NCBI GenBank assembly: GCA_009924895.1
Contig: RFQR01000005.1
Span: forward strand, 3,710 to 67,709
DNA length: 64,000 nt
Direction of reading: 5' to 3'
Origin: a bacterium
GTDB lineage: Bacteria > Patescibacteriota > Minisyncoccia > Phycocordibacterales > UBA2100
The notes beneath the pieces are model-generated. The model had not been told where the DNA came from, did no database searches, and worked only from the letters and a program-made list of their open reading frames with translations. The translations under genes were made by a program, and so were the position numbers. Shown one piece after another: positions 8,387 through 18,734 of this stretch (position 1 is the first letter of the stretch; each line of letters begins with the position of its first letter).

Positions 8387-10108
8387 ATGAAAAAAGGCGC
8401 ACTCAATGCATCAACACGTATCCGTGTCTTGTCAGCCTGCTTTTGCGTGTGCGCGCTTCTTCTCGTAGTACGACTCTATTTTGTACAGTTCGTCCACGGC
8501 TCGGATTATCGCGCCGAAGCATCGTCGCAGTATATAAGCAGTAGTAGCGAAGACCATAACCGCGCTGATATTTATTTTACGAGCAAGGACGGATCGTTCC
8601 TTGCCGCCGCAACAGAAAAAAACGGATGGATTATCGCGATTAAGCCGAAAGAAATAGAGGACCCGCGCGCACTCCTTCGCACGATACAGTCAGTCGTTGC
8701 GGTTGATGAAGAGCGCTTTCTTGCGAGCGCAGCAAAAAAGGCAGATCCGTATGAGGAAGTGGCGTTTAAACTTACCGATACAGAGGCGGCGGCTCTGCGA
8801 GCTTTAAAACTTACGGGCGTTACCTTGGTGCGCCATACCTGGCGTTCGTATCCAGGAGCATCCCTTGGAGCGCATGTGGTCGGCTTTGTTGGCTATCGGG
8901 GTGATCATAAAGAAGGGGTCTACGGTCTTGAACGATACTGGAACGATTCGCTCCAAGGAAATAGCGATGGTTTGTACGTCAATCCATTTGCAGAAATTTT
9001 TGCTAATATCGGCTCGCTAATTTCTGATCCGCGTGAAGAACATGGGAGCATTATCACCACAATAGAGCCGACGGTACAGGCACAACTTGAACGCACACTT
9101 GAGGGTATTATGCGTTCTTTCACCCCTAAGACTGTTGGCGGTATCATCATGGACCCGCACACTGGTGAAATCATTGCTCTGGGCGTGGTGCCGGATTTTG
9201 ATCCGAACACATATAACCTCGTATCTGATCCCGAAACATTTACAAATCCTCTGGTTGAGCGCGTATATGAATTAGGTTCGATTATGAAGCCACTCACTAT
9301 GGCCGCAGCAATAGATGCAGGAGCAGTCACGCCTGCAACCACATACAATGATACTGGCTCAATCATGCGTTCCGGATTTACAATTTCCAACTTTGATGGG
9401 AAGGGCCGCGGTGTTGTCGATATGCAAGAGGTGTTGAATCAGTCACTTAATACCGGAGCCACATTCGCTGCAGAAAAAATGGGACATACCGCTTTTACCA
9501 AGTATGTAAAAGCATATGGGCTCGGAACAGAAACGGGAATAGATTTACCCGGCGAAGTGTCTGGCAAAATCGGCAACTTGGACCGAGGTGCGGATGTCGA
9601 CTATGCCTCAGCATCCTTTGGGCAAAGTATTGCACTGACCCCAATTGCCATGGTGCGCGCGCTTGCAAGCCTCGGAAACGGTGGAGTTCTCCCACAGCCG
9701 CATGTGGCGCGTGCAATCAGGTATGACACCGGTGTGACGCGTTCGATTGCGCCCGTCGACGAGGCGGTCCGGGTCCTTAAACCCGAGACATCTGAAACCA
9801 TTTCTGGAATGCTTGCAACCGTCTTTGACAAAGCGCTTTTAAACGGCGAATTGCGCCAAGAGCACTATTCGATGGCTGCTAAAACAGGTACGGCGCAGAT
9901 TGCCCTTGCGCGTGGCGGAGGGTACTATGATGATCGCTACCTTCATTCGTTTTTTGGATACTTTCCGGCACATAGCCCGAAGTATATTATTTTCCTATAC
10001 GCGCTTGAGCCGCATGGAGAAAAATATGCATCGCACACACTTGCACGGCCGTACCTTGAACTTGCGAAGTTTTTGATAAATTATTACAACATCCCTCCTG
10101 ACAGATAG
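8387..10108 (+). CDS. ftsI: Class B penicillin-binding protein (FtsI)
   Basis: N-terminal TM, ELGSIMK (SxxK), SLN (SxN), KTGTAQ; dcw context. Confidence 0.9.
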   Translation: MKKGALNASTRIRVLSACFCVCALLLVVRLYFVQFVHGSDYRAEASSQYISSSSEDHNRADIYFTSKDGSFLAAATEKNGWIIAIKPKEIEDPRALLRTIQSVVAVDEERFLASAAKKADPYEEVAFKLTDTEAAALRALKLTGVTLVRHTWRSYPGASLGAHVVGFVGYRGDHKEGVYGLERYWNDSLQGNSDGLYVNPFAEIFANIGSLISDPREEHGSIITTIEPTVQAQLERTLEGIMRSFTPKTVGGIIMDPHTGEIIALGVVPDFDPNTYNLVSDPETFTNPLVERVYELGSIMKPLTMAAAIDAGAVTPATTYNDTGSIMRSGFTISNFDGKGRGVVDMQEVLNQSLNTGATFAAEKMGHTAFTKYVKAYGLGTETGIDLPGEVSGKIGNLDRGADVDYASASFGQSIALTPIAMVRALASLGNGGVLPQPHVARAIRYDTGVTRSIAPVDEAVRVLKPETSETISGMLATVFDKALLNGELRQEHYSMAAKTGTAQIALARGGGYYDDRYLHSFFGYFPAHSPKYIIFLYALEPHGEKYASHTLARPYLELAKFLINYYNIPPDR

Positions 10109-10144
10109 AGCCGCGTGACGAGAGTATATGAAGACAAAAACACA

Positions 10145-11434
10145 ATGCAATTCTTGAAGTACATAGTAGTACAGATACTCACGTGGGAGGCGCGGCTTTT
10201 ACTTCTGCAAAAAAAGCCAAAGATCATTGCCATAACGGGCAGCGTGGGTAAAACCACAACAAAAGATGCAATTTTTGCAGTTGTCACGAGTGCCTTTCAT
10301 GCGCGAAAGAGCGAAAAAAGTTTTAACAGTGAATTTGGTGTACCGCTTACTATTTTAGGGCTCGACACCGCGTGGGGAAGTGCGTGGGGGTGGCTGCACA
10401 ACGTGTGTATCGGCGCATATCGCGCGCTCGTGCCTGGCGCCTATCCGGCGTATCTTGTTCTTGAGATCGGAGCCGACCATCCCGGCGATATTTCAAACGT
10501 TGCTCGGTGGCTTAAACCTGACATTGCGGTCATAACAGCGCTTCCGGAAATACCGGTGCATGTCGAGTACTTTGATTCGCCTGAGGCCGTTGTACGAGAA
10601 AAACTCTCACTCTTTTCGTATCTGAAGAACGGCGGCGCTATCGTCATAAATAGTGATGATGAACGCTTGCGCACGGCGGTCAAGAAATTAGCACATGTCT
10701 ACAGCTATGGCTTTGAAGAAGGCGCCTTAGTGCATGCTCATGATGAAGGGGTGCGGTACGAGCACGGGAAACCGTCTGGCATGCACATGCGTCTTGACGT
10801 TTTGGGCTCGTCCGTGCCGGTAGTCATGAATGGCGCTCTCGGCAGACCGCGGCTCTATGCTGCGCTCGCTGCGCTTACTGTTGCTCAGATACTTGATATT
10901 GACTGGATACAGGCGAGCCAGGCGCTCCAAGAGCTGCCCCCAACGCCGGGTCGTATGCGACTTCTCCCGGGTGTGAATGGTTCTACTATCATTGATGATT
11001 CGTACAATTCTTCTCCTATTGCGGTTGCTTCCGCACTCGAAACCCTGTATCAACTGAACGCATCAGGCAGGAAGGTGGCGATTTTGGGAGACATGCGTGA
11101 ACTTGGTTCGTACAGCGCCGCGGCACACAGGAAAGCCGGAGAACTAGCGGCCAACGTGGATCTCTTGGTTACACTCGGAGTTGAATCTCGCGTACTTGCA
11201 GAAGCTGCGAAGAAAGCAGGACTTCCCGAGAAGCGATTGCGCATCTATGGATACGAAGAAAGCGAGCAGTTAGGAAAAGATCTTGCCCCTCATCTGAAAG
11301 AGGGGGATATAGTGCTTGTTAAGGGCTCACAAAACCGTATTCGCCTCGAGCGAGCTGTCCGAGAATTGATGGTGGAACCTGAGAAAGCGAAAGAATTACT
11401 GGTGAGACAGGATGAGGAGTGGGTAAAAAGATGA
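10145..11434 (+). CDS. murF: UDP-MurNAc-tripeptide:D-Ala-D-Ala ligase
   Basis: ITGSVGKTTTK, DDSYNSSP, LGDMRELG, VKGS. Confidence 0.92.
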   Translation: MQFLKYIVVQILTWEARLLLLQKKPKIIAITGSVGKTTTKDAIFAVVTSAFHARKSEKSFNSEFGVPLTILGLDTAWGSAWGWLHNVCIGAYRALVPGAYPAYLVLEIGADHPGDISNVARWLKPDIAVITALPEIPVHVEYFDSPEAVVREKLSLFSYLKNGGAIVINSDDERLRTAVKKLAHVYSYGFEEGALVHAHDEGVRYEHGKPSGMHMRLDVLGSSVPVVMNGALGRPRLYAALAALTVAQILDIDWIQASQALQELPPTPGRMRLLPGVNGSTIIDDSYNSSPIAVASALETLYQLNASGRKVAILGDMRELGSYSAAAHRKAGELAANVDLLVTLGVESRVLAEAAKKAGLPEKRLRIYGYEESEQLGKDLAPHLKEGDIVLVKGSQNRIRLERAVRELMVEPEKAKELLVRQDEEWVKR

Positions 11435-11435
11435 T

Positions 11436-12236
11436 ATGAAATTTTTGAAAAGAAATTGGCTTGATATGGGAATGGTGATTGCAATTACTGCGATCGCTGG
11501 TCTCCTGGGGCACTCTGGTTTTTTTGACAACTTGAAACCTTACACTGCCTTTGCGTTTACGTTTGCGTACTTTGGACTCCCGTCCCTCTATTTGTTGTTT
11601 AGAAAGCCAGACAACGCAAAAAGTGGGTTGATAGGGGGGGTAGTCGTTGGACTCCTGCTTGGTCTTCCGTTTGATTTCGTTGCCACATTTGCGCATGCGT
11701 GGGTTTTTAATCCCGAGTTTCTTCGATTTCCGCACAGCATTTTTGGGGTTGCTCATCTTGATGAAGTCATCTGGTTTTTCTTTTGGGCAGCGTTTGCAAT
11801 TATTTTTTACGAACACTTTTTCGAGCACCATAAAAAATGGCGGGTATCAAAGCATGTGCATGTTCTGGTTGTATTCGGTATAGCAGTCAATGTAGTCGTC
11901 TTTGGCATATTTTTTATGAATGCTCCACTTCTCATGTTGCCGTACGCGTATTTAATACTCGGTCTTTGTGCTACCGCTCCTATCGTTGTCGCCCTTTTCT
12001 TACATCCACGACTGCTGTATAAGATGGTATATCTCTCACTATTTTTTGTACCCGCGTACTTCTTTTTTGAGTACATAGCACTTGGACACGCATGGTGGGT
12101 TTTCAATGGTCAATACATTGGCGGAGGATTTCTTGAGGCAAACTACTTGCCGCTTGAAGAAATACTTTTTTGGATTATCCTCGGCGCCGCTACTGTTGTC
12201 GCATATCACGAACTTTTTCTTGACGACGGAAAATAG
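11436..12236 (+). CDS. Polytopic membrane protein with duplicated lycopene-cyclase-like domain
   Basis: Two repeats ending AWVF...LDEVIWF and WWVF...LPLEEILFW. Confidence 0.55.
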   Translation: MKFLKRNWLDMGMVIAITAIAGLLGHSGFFDNLKPYTAFAFTFAYFGLPSLYLLFRKPDNAKSGLIGGVVVGLLLGLPFDFVATFAHAWVFNPEFLRFPHSIFGVAHLDEVIWFFFWAAFAIIFYEHFFEHHKKWRVSKHVHVLVVFGIAVNVVVFGIFFMNAPLLMLPYAYLILGLCATAPIVVALFLHPRLLYKMVYLSLFFVPAYFFFEYIALGHAWWVFNGQYIGGGFLEANYLPLEEILFWIILGAATVVAYHELFLDDGK

Positions 12237-12273
12237 CTTTGCCAATGCAAAACTTGTGCGATAATACTCACAC

Positions 12274-13545
12274 ATGTCGCTGGGTACTCTTCTTAAATCA
12301 CTCTCATGGAGCGCGCTGGGTGCTCTTCTCGTTGTACAGCTAGGAGTTTTGGCGGGCGGCTACGCGCTCGGTGTCCGCGGAATGTTTATTCACCACGTGC
12401 CGGAAATTGCACTGCATGCCGTAGGAGCAGAGAAGCCGCCGGAAGGAGTTGATTTCACCGCGGTGTGGAAAGCGTGGAGACTTATCGACGAGCGATTCGT
12501 GCCCGCAGCATTTTCTTCGTCATCACCTGACCGTGCTACTACCACAGAAGGGAAGACAAATGAACGCATCTGGGGCATGACACAAGGCCTCGCATCATCC
12601 CTTGGCGATCCGTACACCTTCTTCTTGCCGCCACAAGAAAACACAGCGTTTAGTCAGGAACTGCAGGGAAGTTTTGAAGGAGTGGGAATGGAAATTGCCG
12701 TTCGCGATAGCGTGCTCACAGTTGTCTCACCGCTCAAGGGAACGCCGGCTAAAAAAGCGGGTATAAAAGCGGGCGACAAGATTTTTAAGATTGACGCACT
12801 CGAAACAAAAGGAATGGATGTCGGAACTGCGGTAAAACATATCCGTGGACCAAAAGGAACCAAAGTGAAGCTCCTTATGCTTCGCGATGGGTGGCAGAGC
12901 ACGAAAGAGGTATCCGTAGTGCGTGATGTGATAAACGTGCCGATCGTCACGACCAAAAAGCAGGATGGAGTGTTTATTATCACCGTATCGAGCTTTACTA
13001 AGAATTCGCCCGAGCTCTTTAAAAATGCGCTTCGAGAATTTACAAAGGCGGGTACCACTAAACTTATTCTCGACCTGCGCAGTAATCCGGGCGGATATCT
13101 CGAGGCAGCGGTTGATATGGCAAGTTGGTTTCTGCCAGAAGGGAAGATGGTAGTAACGGAAGATTATGCGGGACACAAAGAAAATGTAGTGCACCGCAGC
13201 CGCGGGTACAATATATTCAATACTAATTTGAACATGATCATTCTTGTTGATAAGGGGTCGGCTTCTGCATCTGAGATTTTGGCGGGAGCGCTTCACGACT
13301 ACAAGATTGCACGCCTTGTTGGTACCCAGACGTTTGGCAAAGGATCTGTGCAGGAGCTCGTTGATATCACGTCTGACACTGCGCTCAAAGTCACCGTTGC
13401 CCGTTGGATTATGCCTGATGGCTACAATATTACCGGGGAAGGTATTGCGCCTGATGTGGAAGTGAAACCGAGCGATGAAGACCTGAAAAAAGCAAACGAC
13501 GTCCAGCTCAAGAAAGCGATTGAGCTTTTGAACAGTCAGAAGTAG
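12274..13545 (+). CDS. ctpA: S41 carboxy-terminal processing protease
   Basis: LGDPYT, PDZ FEGVGMEI, LDLRSNPGG, SASASEI, TFGKGSVQ. Confidence 0.93.
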   Translation: MSLGTLLKSLSWSALGALLVVQLGVLAGGYALGVRGMFIHHVPEIALHAVGAEKPPEGVDFTAVWKAWRLIDERFVPAAFSSSSPDRATTTEGKTNERIWGMTQGLASSLGDPYTFFLPPQENTAFSQELQGSFEGVGMEIAVRDSVLTVVSPLKGTPAKKAGIKAGDKIFKIDALETKGMDVGTAVKHIRGPKGTKVKLLMLRDGWQSTKEVSVVRDVINVPIVTTKKQDGVFIITVSSFTKNSPELFKNALREFTKAGTTKLILDLRSNPGGYLEAAVDMASWFLPEGKMVVTEDYAGHKENVVHRSRGYNIFNTNLNMIILVDKGSASASEILAGALHDYKIARLVGTQTFGKGSVQELVDITSDTALKVTVARWIMPDGYNITGEGIAPDVEVKPSDEDLKKANDVQLKKAIELLNSQK

Positions 13546-13554
13546 AATGAGGTA

Positions 13555-14007
13555 ATGAAAGTCATATTCTTGCGTGATGTAAAAGGGGTCGGGCAAAAAG
13601 GGACGGTAAAAGAAGTTACCGACGGGTATGCCATGAATGCCCTTATCGCAAAAGGTTTTGCGGTACAAGCTACACCAGAAAAACTCAAAGAGTTTGAAAA
13701 ACAACAGCAGGCTGATAAAGCGCAGCACCAAATGCGGGAAGCCATGGCAGAGAGCCTTGCTAAGCGCATAAATGGCGCACAGGTACACTTAAAAGTGGGA
13801 GCAAACGAAAAGGGCCACCTCTACCAAAAGCTCTCGCCTGAGATGGTCACACAGGCTCTGTCAGAACAACTCAAGGAAACAATTAGCACCGAATCAATTT
13901 CTATTGAAAAACCCATTCAAGAAGTGGGCGAGTATCAGATAGAAATAAAGCTCGAGCGCTCTCGTGCTTTGATTTCGTTGAACGTTGAAAGAAATAAAGA
14001 AGCCTAG
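13555..14007 (+). CDS. rplI: 50S ribosomal protein L9
   Basis: [16 protein letters not shown]...DGYAMN. Confidence 0.95.
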   Translation: MKVIFLRDVKGVGQKGTVKEVTDGYAMNALIAKGFAVQATPEKLKEFEKQQQADKAQHQMREAMAESLAKRINGAQVHLKVGANEKGHLYQKLSPEMVTQALSEQLKETISTESISIEKPIQEVGEYQIEIKLERSRALISLNVERNKEA

Positions 14008-14276
14008 AGAACGTCGACAACAGCACGAGTAGAAGTGGTACCGTCGAAATTTGCCTTGCGAGCAGAGCGGAACTTAACTGTGCCACTTTTCATTGCGAAG
14101 ATAGTGTGATCCTTACCGATACCAACGTTTTTACCAACACGAATGACGGTACCACGCTGACGGACGATGATTTCGCCCACGGCTACTTTGGTGCCATCAG
14201 CACGCTTCACACCCAAATATTTTGGATTTGAATCACGTAGGTTTTTTGTTGTTCCACCGGCTTTTGTTGTTGCCAT
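14004..14276 (-). CDS. rpmA: 50S ribosomal protein L27
   Basis: [20 protein letters not shown]...IIVRQRG...GKDHTIFA. Confidence 0.97.
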   Translation of the reverse strand: MATTKAGGTTKNLRDSNPKYLGVKRADGTKVAVGEIIVRQRGTVIRVGKNVGIGKDHTIFAMKSGTVKFRSARKANFDGTTSTRAVVDVL

Positions 14277-14329
14277 ATTGGGTAGGTATTAGAAATTAGC
14301 CACTAGGGTATAGGGAGAATCCGTATACA

Positions 14330-14725
14330 ATGATGACGATGAATACTATACACGAATTCTATCTCAATATCAAGCTCTGGCTTGATAAAAACGCCCACGA
14401 CATCGGCTTGCCCCTCATAATCATCCTCGTAGGGCTTATTTCCTTCATTTTAGGTCAATTTTCGGTCAAAAGCGAGGTTGGACAGGAGGTTCGGATTTGC
14501 GATGCCCCGGTGGATTATTCACGTCCTATACGCCCCGGTGGCTATGTGGTGGGGAAGGTGGGCGGACAAGTATATTATCTGCCATGGTGTCCCGGAGCTC
14601 AAAAAATAGCACCAGAGCAGGCGGTGTGGTTTAAGGATGAGCAATCGGCACAAAATGCTGGGTATAGGCCTGCAAAGGGGTGCAAGGGCCTCAGTGGAGC
14701 GGGAGAGACAAACCAGGTACAATAG
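14330..14725 (+). CDS. Membrane-anchored Ada metal-binding-like domain protein (start possibly 14339)
   Basis: TM helix then YYLPWCPGA...F....A..AGYRPAKGC. Confidence 0.7.
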   Translation: MMTMNTIHEFYLNIKLWLDKNAHDIGLPLIIILVGLISFILGQFSVKSEVGQEVRICDAPVDYSRPIRPGGYVVGKVGGQVYYLPWCPGAQKIAPEQAVWFKDEQSAQNAGYRPAKGCKGLSGAGETNQVQ

Positions 14726-14730
14726 TCGTT

Positions 14731-15330
14731 ATGCTTGTTGTTGACGTTGAAGCCTCGGGAACAGAAGCTCATAAGCACTCTATTGTAAGTGTGGGGGCTT
14801 TAGATTTAATGAATCCAACAAACCGTTTGTATGAAGAATGTCGTATCTGGGACGGCGCGCATGTGATGGATGGCGCGCTTCAAGTGAATGGTTTTACGAT
14901 GGAGCAAATCACTGACTCAAAAAAGCAAACAGAAGCTGATCTTGTGCGACGCTTTTTAGACTGGAGCCAAGGAGTAGGCGAGAGGACTCTTGCGGGACAA
15001 AATGTTTCCTTTGATCGAGACTTTTTGAAATATGCTTCAGAGCGTGCGGGGCACACTGACTGGACGTTTGCCTATCGCACGGTTGATACGCACACGCTCT
15101 GTTACATGCATATGATAGAGCGGGGAATGCAACCACCAATTCATCCTAAGAACAAGCACTCTGCACTCAATCTCGATGCGGTTCTCAATTACTGTGGTAT
15201 TCCAAGTGAGCCCGATCCACATAATGCGCTTACCGGAGCGCTTTCACATGCAGAAGTTATTTCTCGACTTTTGTTCGGACGAAAACTACTCCCAGAGTTT
15301 CAACAGTATGCGATTCCGTGGAAGTCATGA
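14731..15330 (+). CDS. DEDDh 3'-5' exonuclease
   Basis: DVEASG, GQNVSFD, HNALTGA (the last Asp appears replaced by Gly). ATG lies 7 nt after TACAAT. Confidence 0.85.
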   Translation: MLVVDVEASGTEAHKHSIVSVGALDLMNPTNRLYEECRIWDGAHVMDGALQVNGFTMEQITDSKKQTEADLVRRFLDWSQGVGERTLAGQNVSFDRDFLKYASERAGHTDWTFAYRTVDTHTLCYMHMIERGMQPPIHPKNKHSALNLDAVLNYCGIPSEPDPHNALTGALSHAEVISRLLFGRKLLPEFQQYAIPWKS

Positions 15331-15719
15331 CACCTTATGATTTTGAGCAAAAAGTTGCTGTGGGTATAGAAGTACTGCCACAGCGAGTGCGAGAAAGAAT
15401 GAAAAATGTTGTAGTTTTGATTGAAGATGAACCAAGCGCTGAAGATCGAAAGCAAAATCATTTGCATAAAGATGAAACGCTGTTAGGGCTTTATAAAGGC
15501 ATACCACTCTCACAAAGGGGAAGCGGGTATGGGATTGGCATGACAATGCCCGATTCAATCACGCTGTACCGGAAGCCCATACTTGAGACGGCAGAAGAAA
15601 GAAAAGTTTCGGTCGAGAAAATAATTTCAGAAACAATACTGCATGAGTTTGCACATTTTCTTGGAATGAACGAAGAAGAAGTGAGGGCGTGGGAGGCCAG
15701 ACACCACCAAAGGGAATAG
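15327..15719 (+). CDS. Zincin-like metallopeptidase (DUF1025)
   Basis: LLGLYKG, PDSITLYR, HEFAHFLG; ATGA overlap with the upstream gene. Confidence 0.88.
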   Translation: MTPYDFEQKVAVGIEVLPQRVRERMKNVVVLIEDEPSAEDRKQNHLHKDETLLGLYKGIPLSQRGSGYGIGMTMPDSITLYRKPILETAEERKVSVEKIISETILHEFAHFLGMNEEEVRAWEARHHQRE

Positions 15720-16023
15720 GACTTTCCCCTCTAGGCTATACGTCGCACAATATATCTTTTGCGACGTATAGAGTATGGCTATTACCGTCCCAAGTGTACT
15801 TTTTACAGTTCGTCCAAAAAAGCTGACTATGCTACATTCCTCAATCTCTCATCGCACAGCTGCCCCCGTTCTAGCATCTTTGTGTATTCGATATCTATTT
15901 CCCCTTGTTTTTGATCTAGCATCGATTTGTTCATCTGTATTTTTTATAGAAATCGCTTAAGCATTTATAGGGTTTTCTCAGGAAAAAAGAGCCGAGATAT
16001 CAATCAAAATAACGATATCTCGG

Positions 16024-17304
16024 CTATTTTGCTGGTAGGTAGTCAATTGGATTGAGATATGCACCTACCGGGGCAATAGGTATGACCGCGTTACCACATG
16101 CGGTTGATTTCCCTGTTGCATCTTTCAGACGAACGACTTTGACACCATCTGATGCATAAACGCCAAAATGGAGATGAGGACCGGTAGCGTAGCCCGTTGC
16201 GCCGGAGTATCCGATAACATCGCCTGTGTAGATTTGTGTTCCTTCTGAGACAGAGATTTGTGACAAGTGTGCGTAGAGCGTGCTGAGACCATTTGGGTGC
16301 TTTATAAGCACCCATTTTCCATACGAGTAGCAACCAGCAACCGCATCTGAGTTACCAGTTCCTGTTATTGTTCCTGAGAGCGCTGCTTTGATCGGGGTAC
16401 CGATAGTGGCGCGCAGATCAATCCCGTTATGTCCTTTTCCATTGTAGGCTCCCGATTTTGCAAAGGCGGTATTTCCAAAATACTGTGTGACCCCAACCTT
16501 GTCTATCGGCCATGAGAGTACGCCTTTCCCTGCGGCGGGAATCAGTGATGTATCAAGAACATATTTCAACTTCGTTTCCAAATCTTCGAGCGCTTTTTCA
16601 AAATTTGCTTTTGCTGTTCGTTTGTCAGTTAGTATTTTTTGATACGAAGACTCTTGCGATTTGGTTCTTGCGAGGAGCGCTTTTTGTTCATTTGTTGCAA
16701 TAATGAGTGATTGTTCTTGCTGTGCAAGCGCGCGCTGCTCAACGAGGAGTTCTTTCCGCTTCCCTTCAATTACGGTTTTATTATCAGTGAGCGATTGCTT
16801 TATCTCATCTAATTTAACAATGTGCGCTTGTATCGCATCATGAAAATTTTCGAGCTGGTCGGAATCGTTCCATAATTCGCTGAGCGAGCGACCGCTGAGG
16901 AGTGATTCAGCAAAAGATGCTGATTCCGAGGCATGGAGCTCATAGAGAGTATATGCGAGCGAACCGCGATCTTGGGCTATTAGGTTTTCCTTATTTGTGA
17001 TGCCAAGTTGCAAAACACGTATCTGCTGTTCGGTATCAGCAATCTTACTTTTAGTAAGGTTAATCTGCGCGGTAAGCTGTTTACGCGTGATATCAATAAC
17101 CGCAAGCGTGTTTTGCAGAGTTTGCTTCTTAGTCCCTAGTGACTCGAGCTGTGCCTGGTAGGTGGCGATCTCTCTGTTCAGTGCATCGATTTTCGCGCTC
17201 TGATCATTTATTTTCGAACGAAGCTCATCGGCAGTATCAGCGATGACGCTTCCCGCAAAAAGCACTGCACACACTACGACGCCAAGTACCACCCCCTTAC
17301 GCAT
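16024..17304 (-). CDS. Coiled-coil M23 peptidase (EnvC/murein endopeptidase-like)
   Basis: Signal peptide, long coiled coil, HNGID, YAHLS, TGPHLHF. Confidence 0.9.
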   Translation of the reverse strand: MRKGVVLGVVVCAVLFAGSVIADTADELRSKINDQSAKIDALNREIATYQAQLESLGTKKQTLQNTLAVIDITRKQLTAQINLTKSKIADTEQQIRVLQLGITNKENLIAQDRGSLAYTLYELHASESASFAESLLSGRSLSELWNDSDQLENFHDAIQAHIVKLDEIKQSLTDNKTVIEGKRKELLVEQRALAQQEQSLIIATNEQKALLARTKSQESSYQKILTDKRTAKANFEKALEDLETKLKYVLDTSLIPAAGKGVLSWPIDKVGVTQYFGNTAFAKSGAYNGKGHNGIDLRATIGTPIKAALSGTITGTGNSDAVAGCYSYGKWVLIKHPNGLSTLYAHLSQISVSEGTQIYTGDVIGYSGATGYATGPHLHFGVYASDGVKVVRLKDATGKSTACGNAVIPIAPVGAYLNPIDYLPAK

Positions 17305-18733
17305 GGATTTGATTCAGGGCGCCTGTAATGCGCGCCAGGGTTTCTTCTTTTCCAAGGACGTGTGCGATGGTGAATGGATCGGGAGATTGCTTTTTCCCCG
17401 AGAGAGAGTAGCGAAGAGGCCAGAGAACATCGCCGCGACCTTCTTGGCTTGCGTAGTCCCACGCGGCACTCTTTATTGAGTCGACAGATGAAAAATCCGA
17501 ACTCGAGAGTATCTCAAGTATTTTTTTAAGATGCGTACGGCACACTTCGAGTGTCGAGTTTTTATTCGGTAGAAGCGTGATGTCGATCTCAGGTGCCGTA
17601 AAAAAGTACGCATATTCACCCGCGTCGATTTCCGCAGTAAAAGTGCTCGAAAGCGCTGCGCGTTCCCGCACGAGTGGCAAAATGGTATTCCACCGCTCCT
17701 CGTTCTCGGGTTCTTTGCCACTAAAAACAGACTGCATTACTGCTGCTTTATATTCAGAGTCAGAGAGGTGCTTCACGTGTTGGTGCTGAAACCAAAGAAG
17801 TTTTTCTTCGTTTGCGCTGCCGCCATGTGTTTGGATCGTGCTGATGTCAAATGCTTCTATAAGCTCAGGGAGAGTAAAGAGTTCGCGATCGCTGCCAGGG
17901 TGCCATCCGATGAAGGCGAGGAAGTTTATCATTGCCGCAGGAAGAAACCCCTCTTTACGATATTCAAGCAAGTCTTTTGCTCCATCTCGCTTCCCTAGTT
18001 TCTTGGTTTTGTCTTCGCGCAGAATAGGAGGAAGTGTCACGAGCTTGGGACGCTTGATTCCAAGTGCATCATAGAGACTTAAGAATTTTGGCGTTGAAGA
18101 AATAAATTCATCGCCACGCATAACATGAGTCACACCCATATGCATATCATCGATGATGTGAGCGAAATTATAGGTTGGGTATCCGTCGCCCTTGATAAGG
18201 ATGAAATCATCAAGTGCTTCTTCTCCGGCTGAAAGATCGCCACGAACCTCATCGTGCCATTCGTACCGTTTGATTTCGGGAACGAGGAAGCGTAAAGGGC
18301 GCTTGCCGTCCCATTCTGAAAAAGTCTTAGGGCGATGCTTACGAAACAAAAACACCTCTTTATTCGCCTGTGCCGCACGACGAAAGCCGTCGATTTCTTC
18401 GGCGCTGTAGGGGTCCGGGTAGGCATATCCTTTTGCAATAAGTTCTCGAGCAGCAGCGTGGTACGTAGGGAGGCGCTCTGATTGGATACAGGAACCAAAT
18501 GGCGTACTCATCTGAGGACCATAATCCCAGGTAAGATTGAGCCAGCTCAGCGATTCTTGAATATGAGCAACAGAACCTGCGACTTCCCTCTCTTTATCGG
18601 TATCCTCGATACGAAGAATAAATGTGCCTTTGTTCTTGCGGGCCCACAAAAAAGCAAAAAGCGCGGTACGCACGCTGCCGATGTGCATAAAGCCGGTAGG
18701 GCTGGGAGCAAAACGAGTGACAACGTGTTCCAT
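17297..18733 (-). CDS. gltX: Glutamate--tRNA ligase
   Basis: TRFAPSPTGFMHIGS, LRIEDTD, KLGKR. Start set at MEHVV. Confidence 0.96.
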   Translation of the reverse strand: MEHVVTRFAPSPTGFMHIGSVRTALFAFLWARKNKGTFILRIEDTDKEREVAGSVAHIQESLSWLNLTWDYGPQMSTPFGSCIQSERLPTYHAAARELIAKGYAYPDPYSAEEIDGFRRAAQANKEVFLFRKHRPKTFSEWDGKRPLRFLVPEIKRYEWHDEVRGDLSAGEEALDDFILIKGDGYPTYNFAHIIDDMHMGVTHVMRGDEFISSTPKFLSLYDALGIKRPKLVTLPPILREDKTKKLGKRDGAKDLLEYRKEGFLPAAMINFLAFIGWHPGSDRELFTLPELIEAFDISTIQTHGGSANEEKLLWFQHQHVKHLSDSEYKAAVMQSVFSGKEPENEERWNTILPLVRERAALSSTFTAEIDAGEYAYFFTAPEIDITLLPNKNSTLEVCRTHLKKILEILSSSDFSSVDSIKSAAWDYASQEGRGDVLWPLRYSLSGKKQSPDPFTIAHVLGKEETLARITGALNQIHA

Positions 18734-18734
18734 A

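Noticed and set aside
15736-16024. ORF 15775-15960 and a short minus-strand ORF remnant
   Set aside because: AT-rich spacer between two terminator hairpins with only short or interrupted frames; not supportable as a gene.
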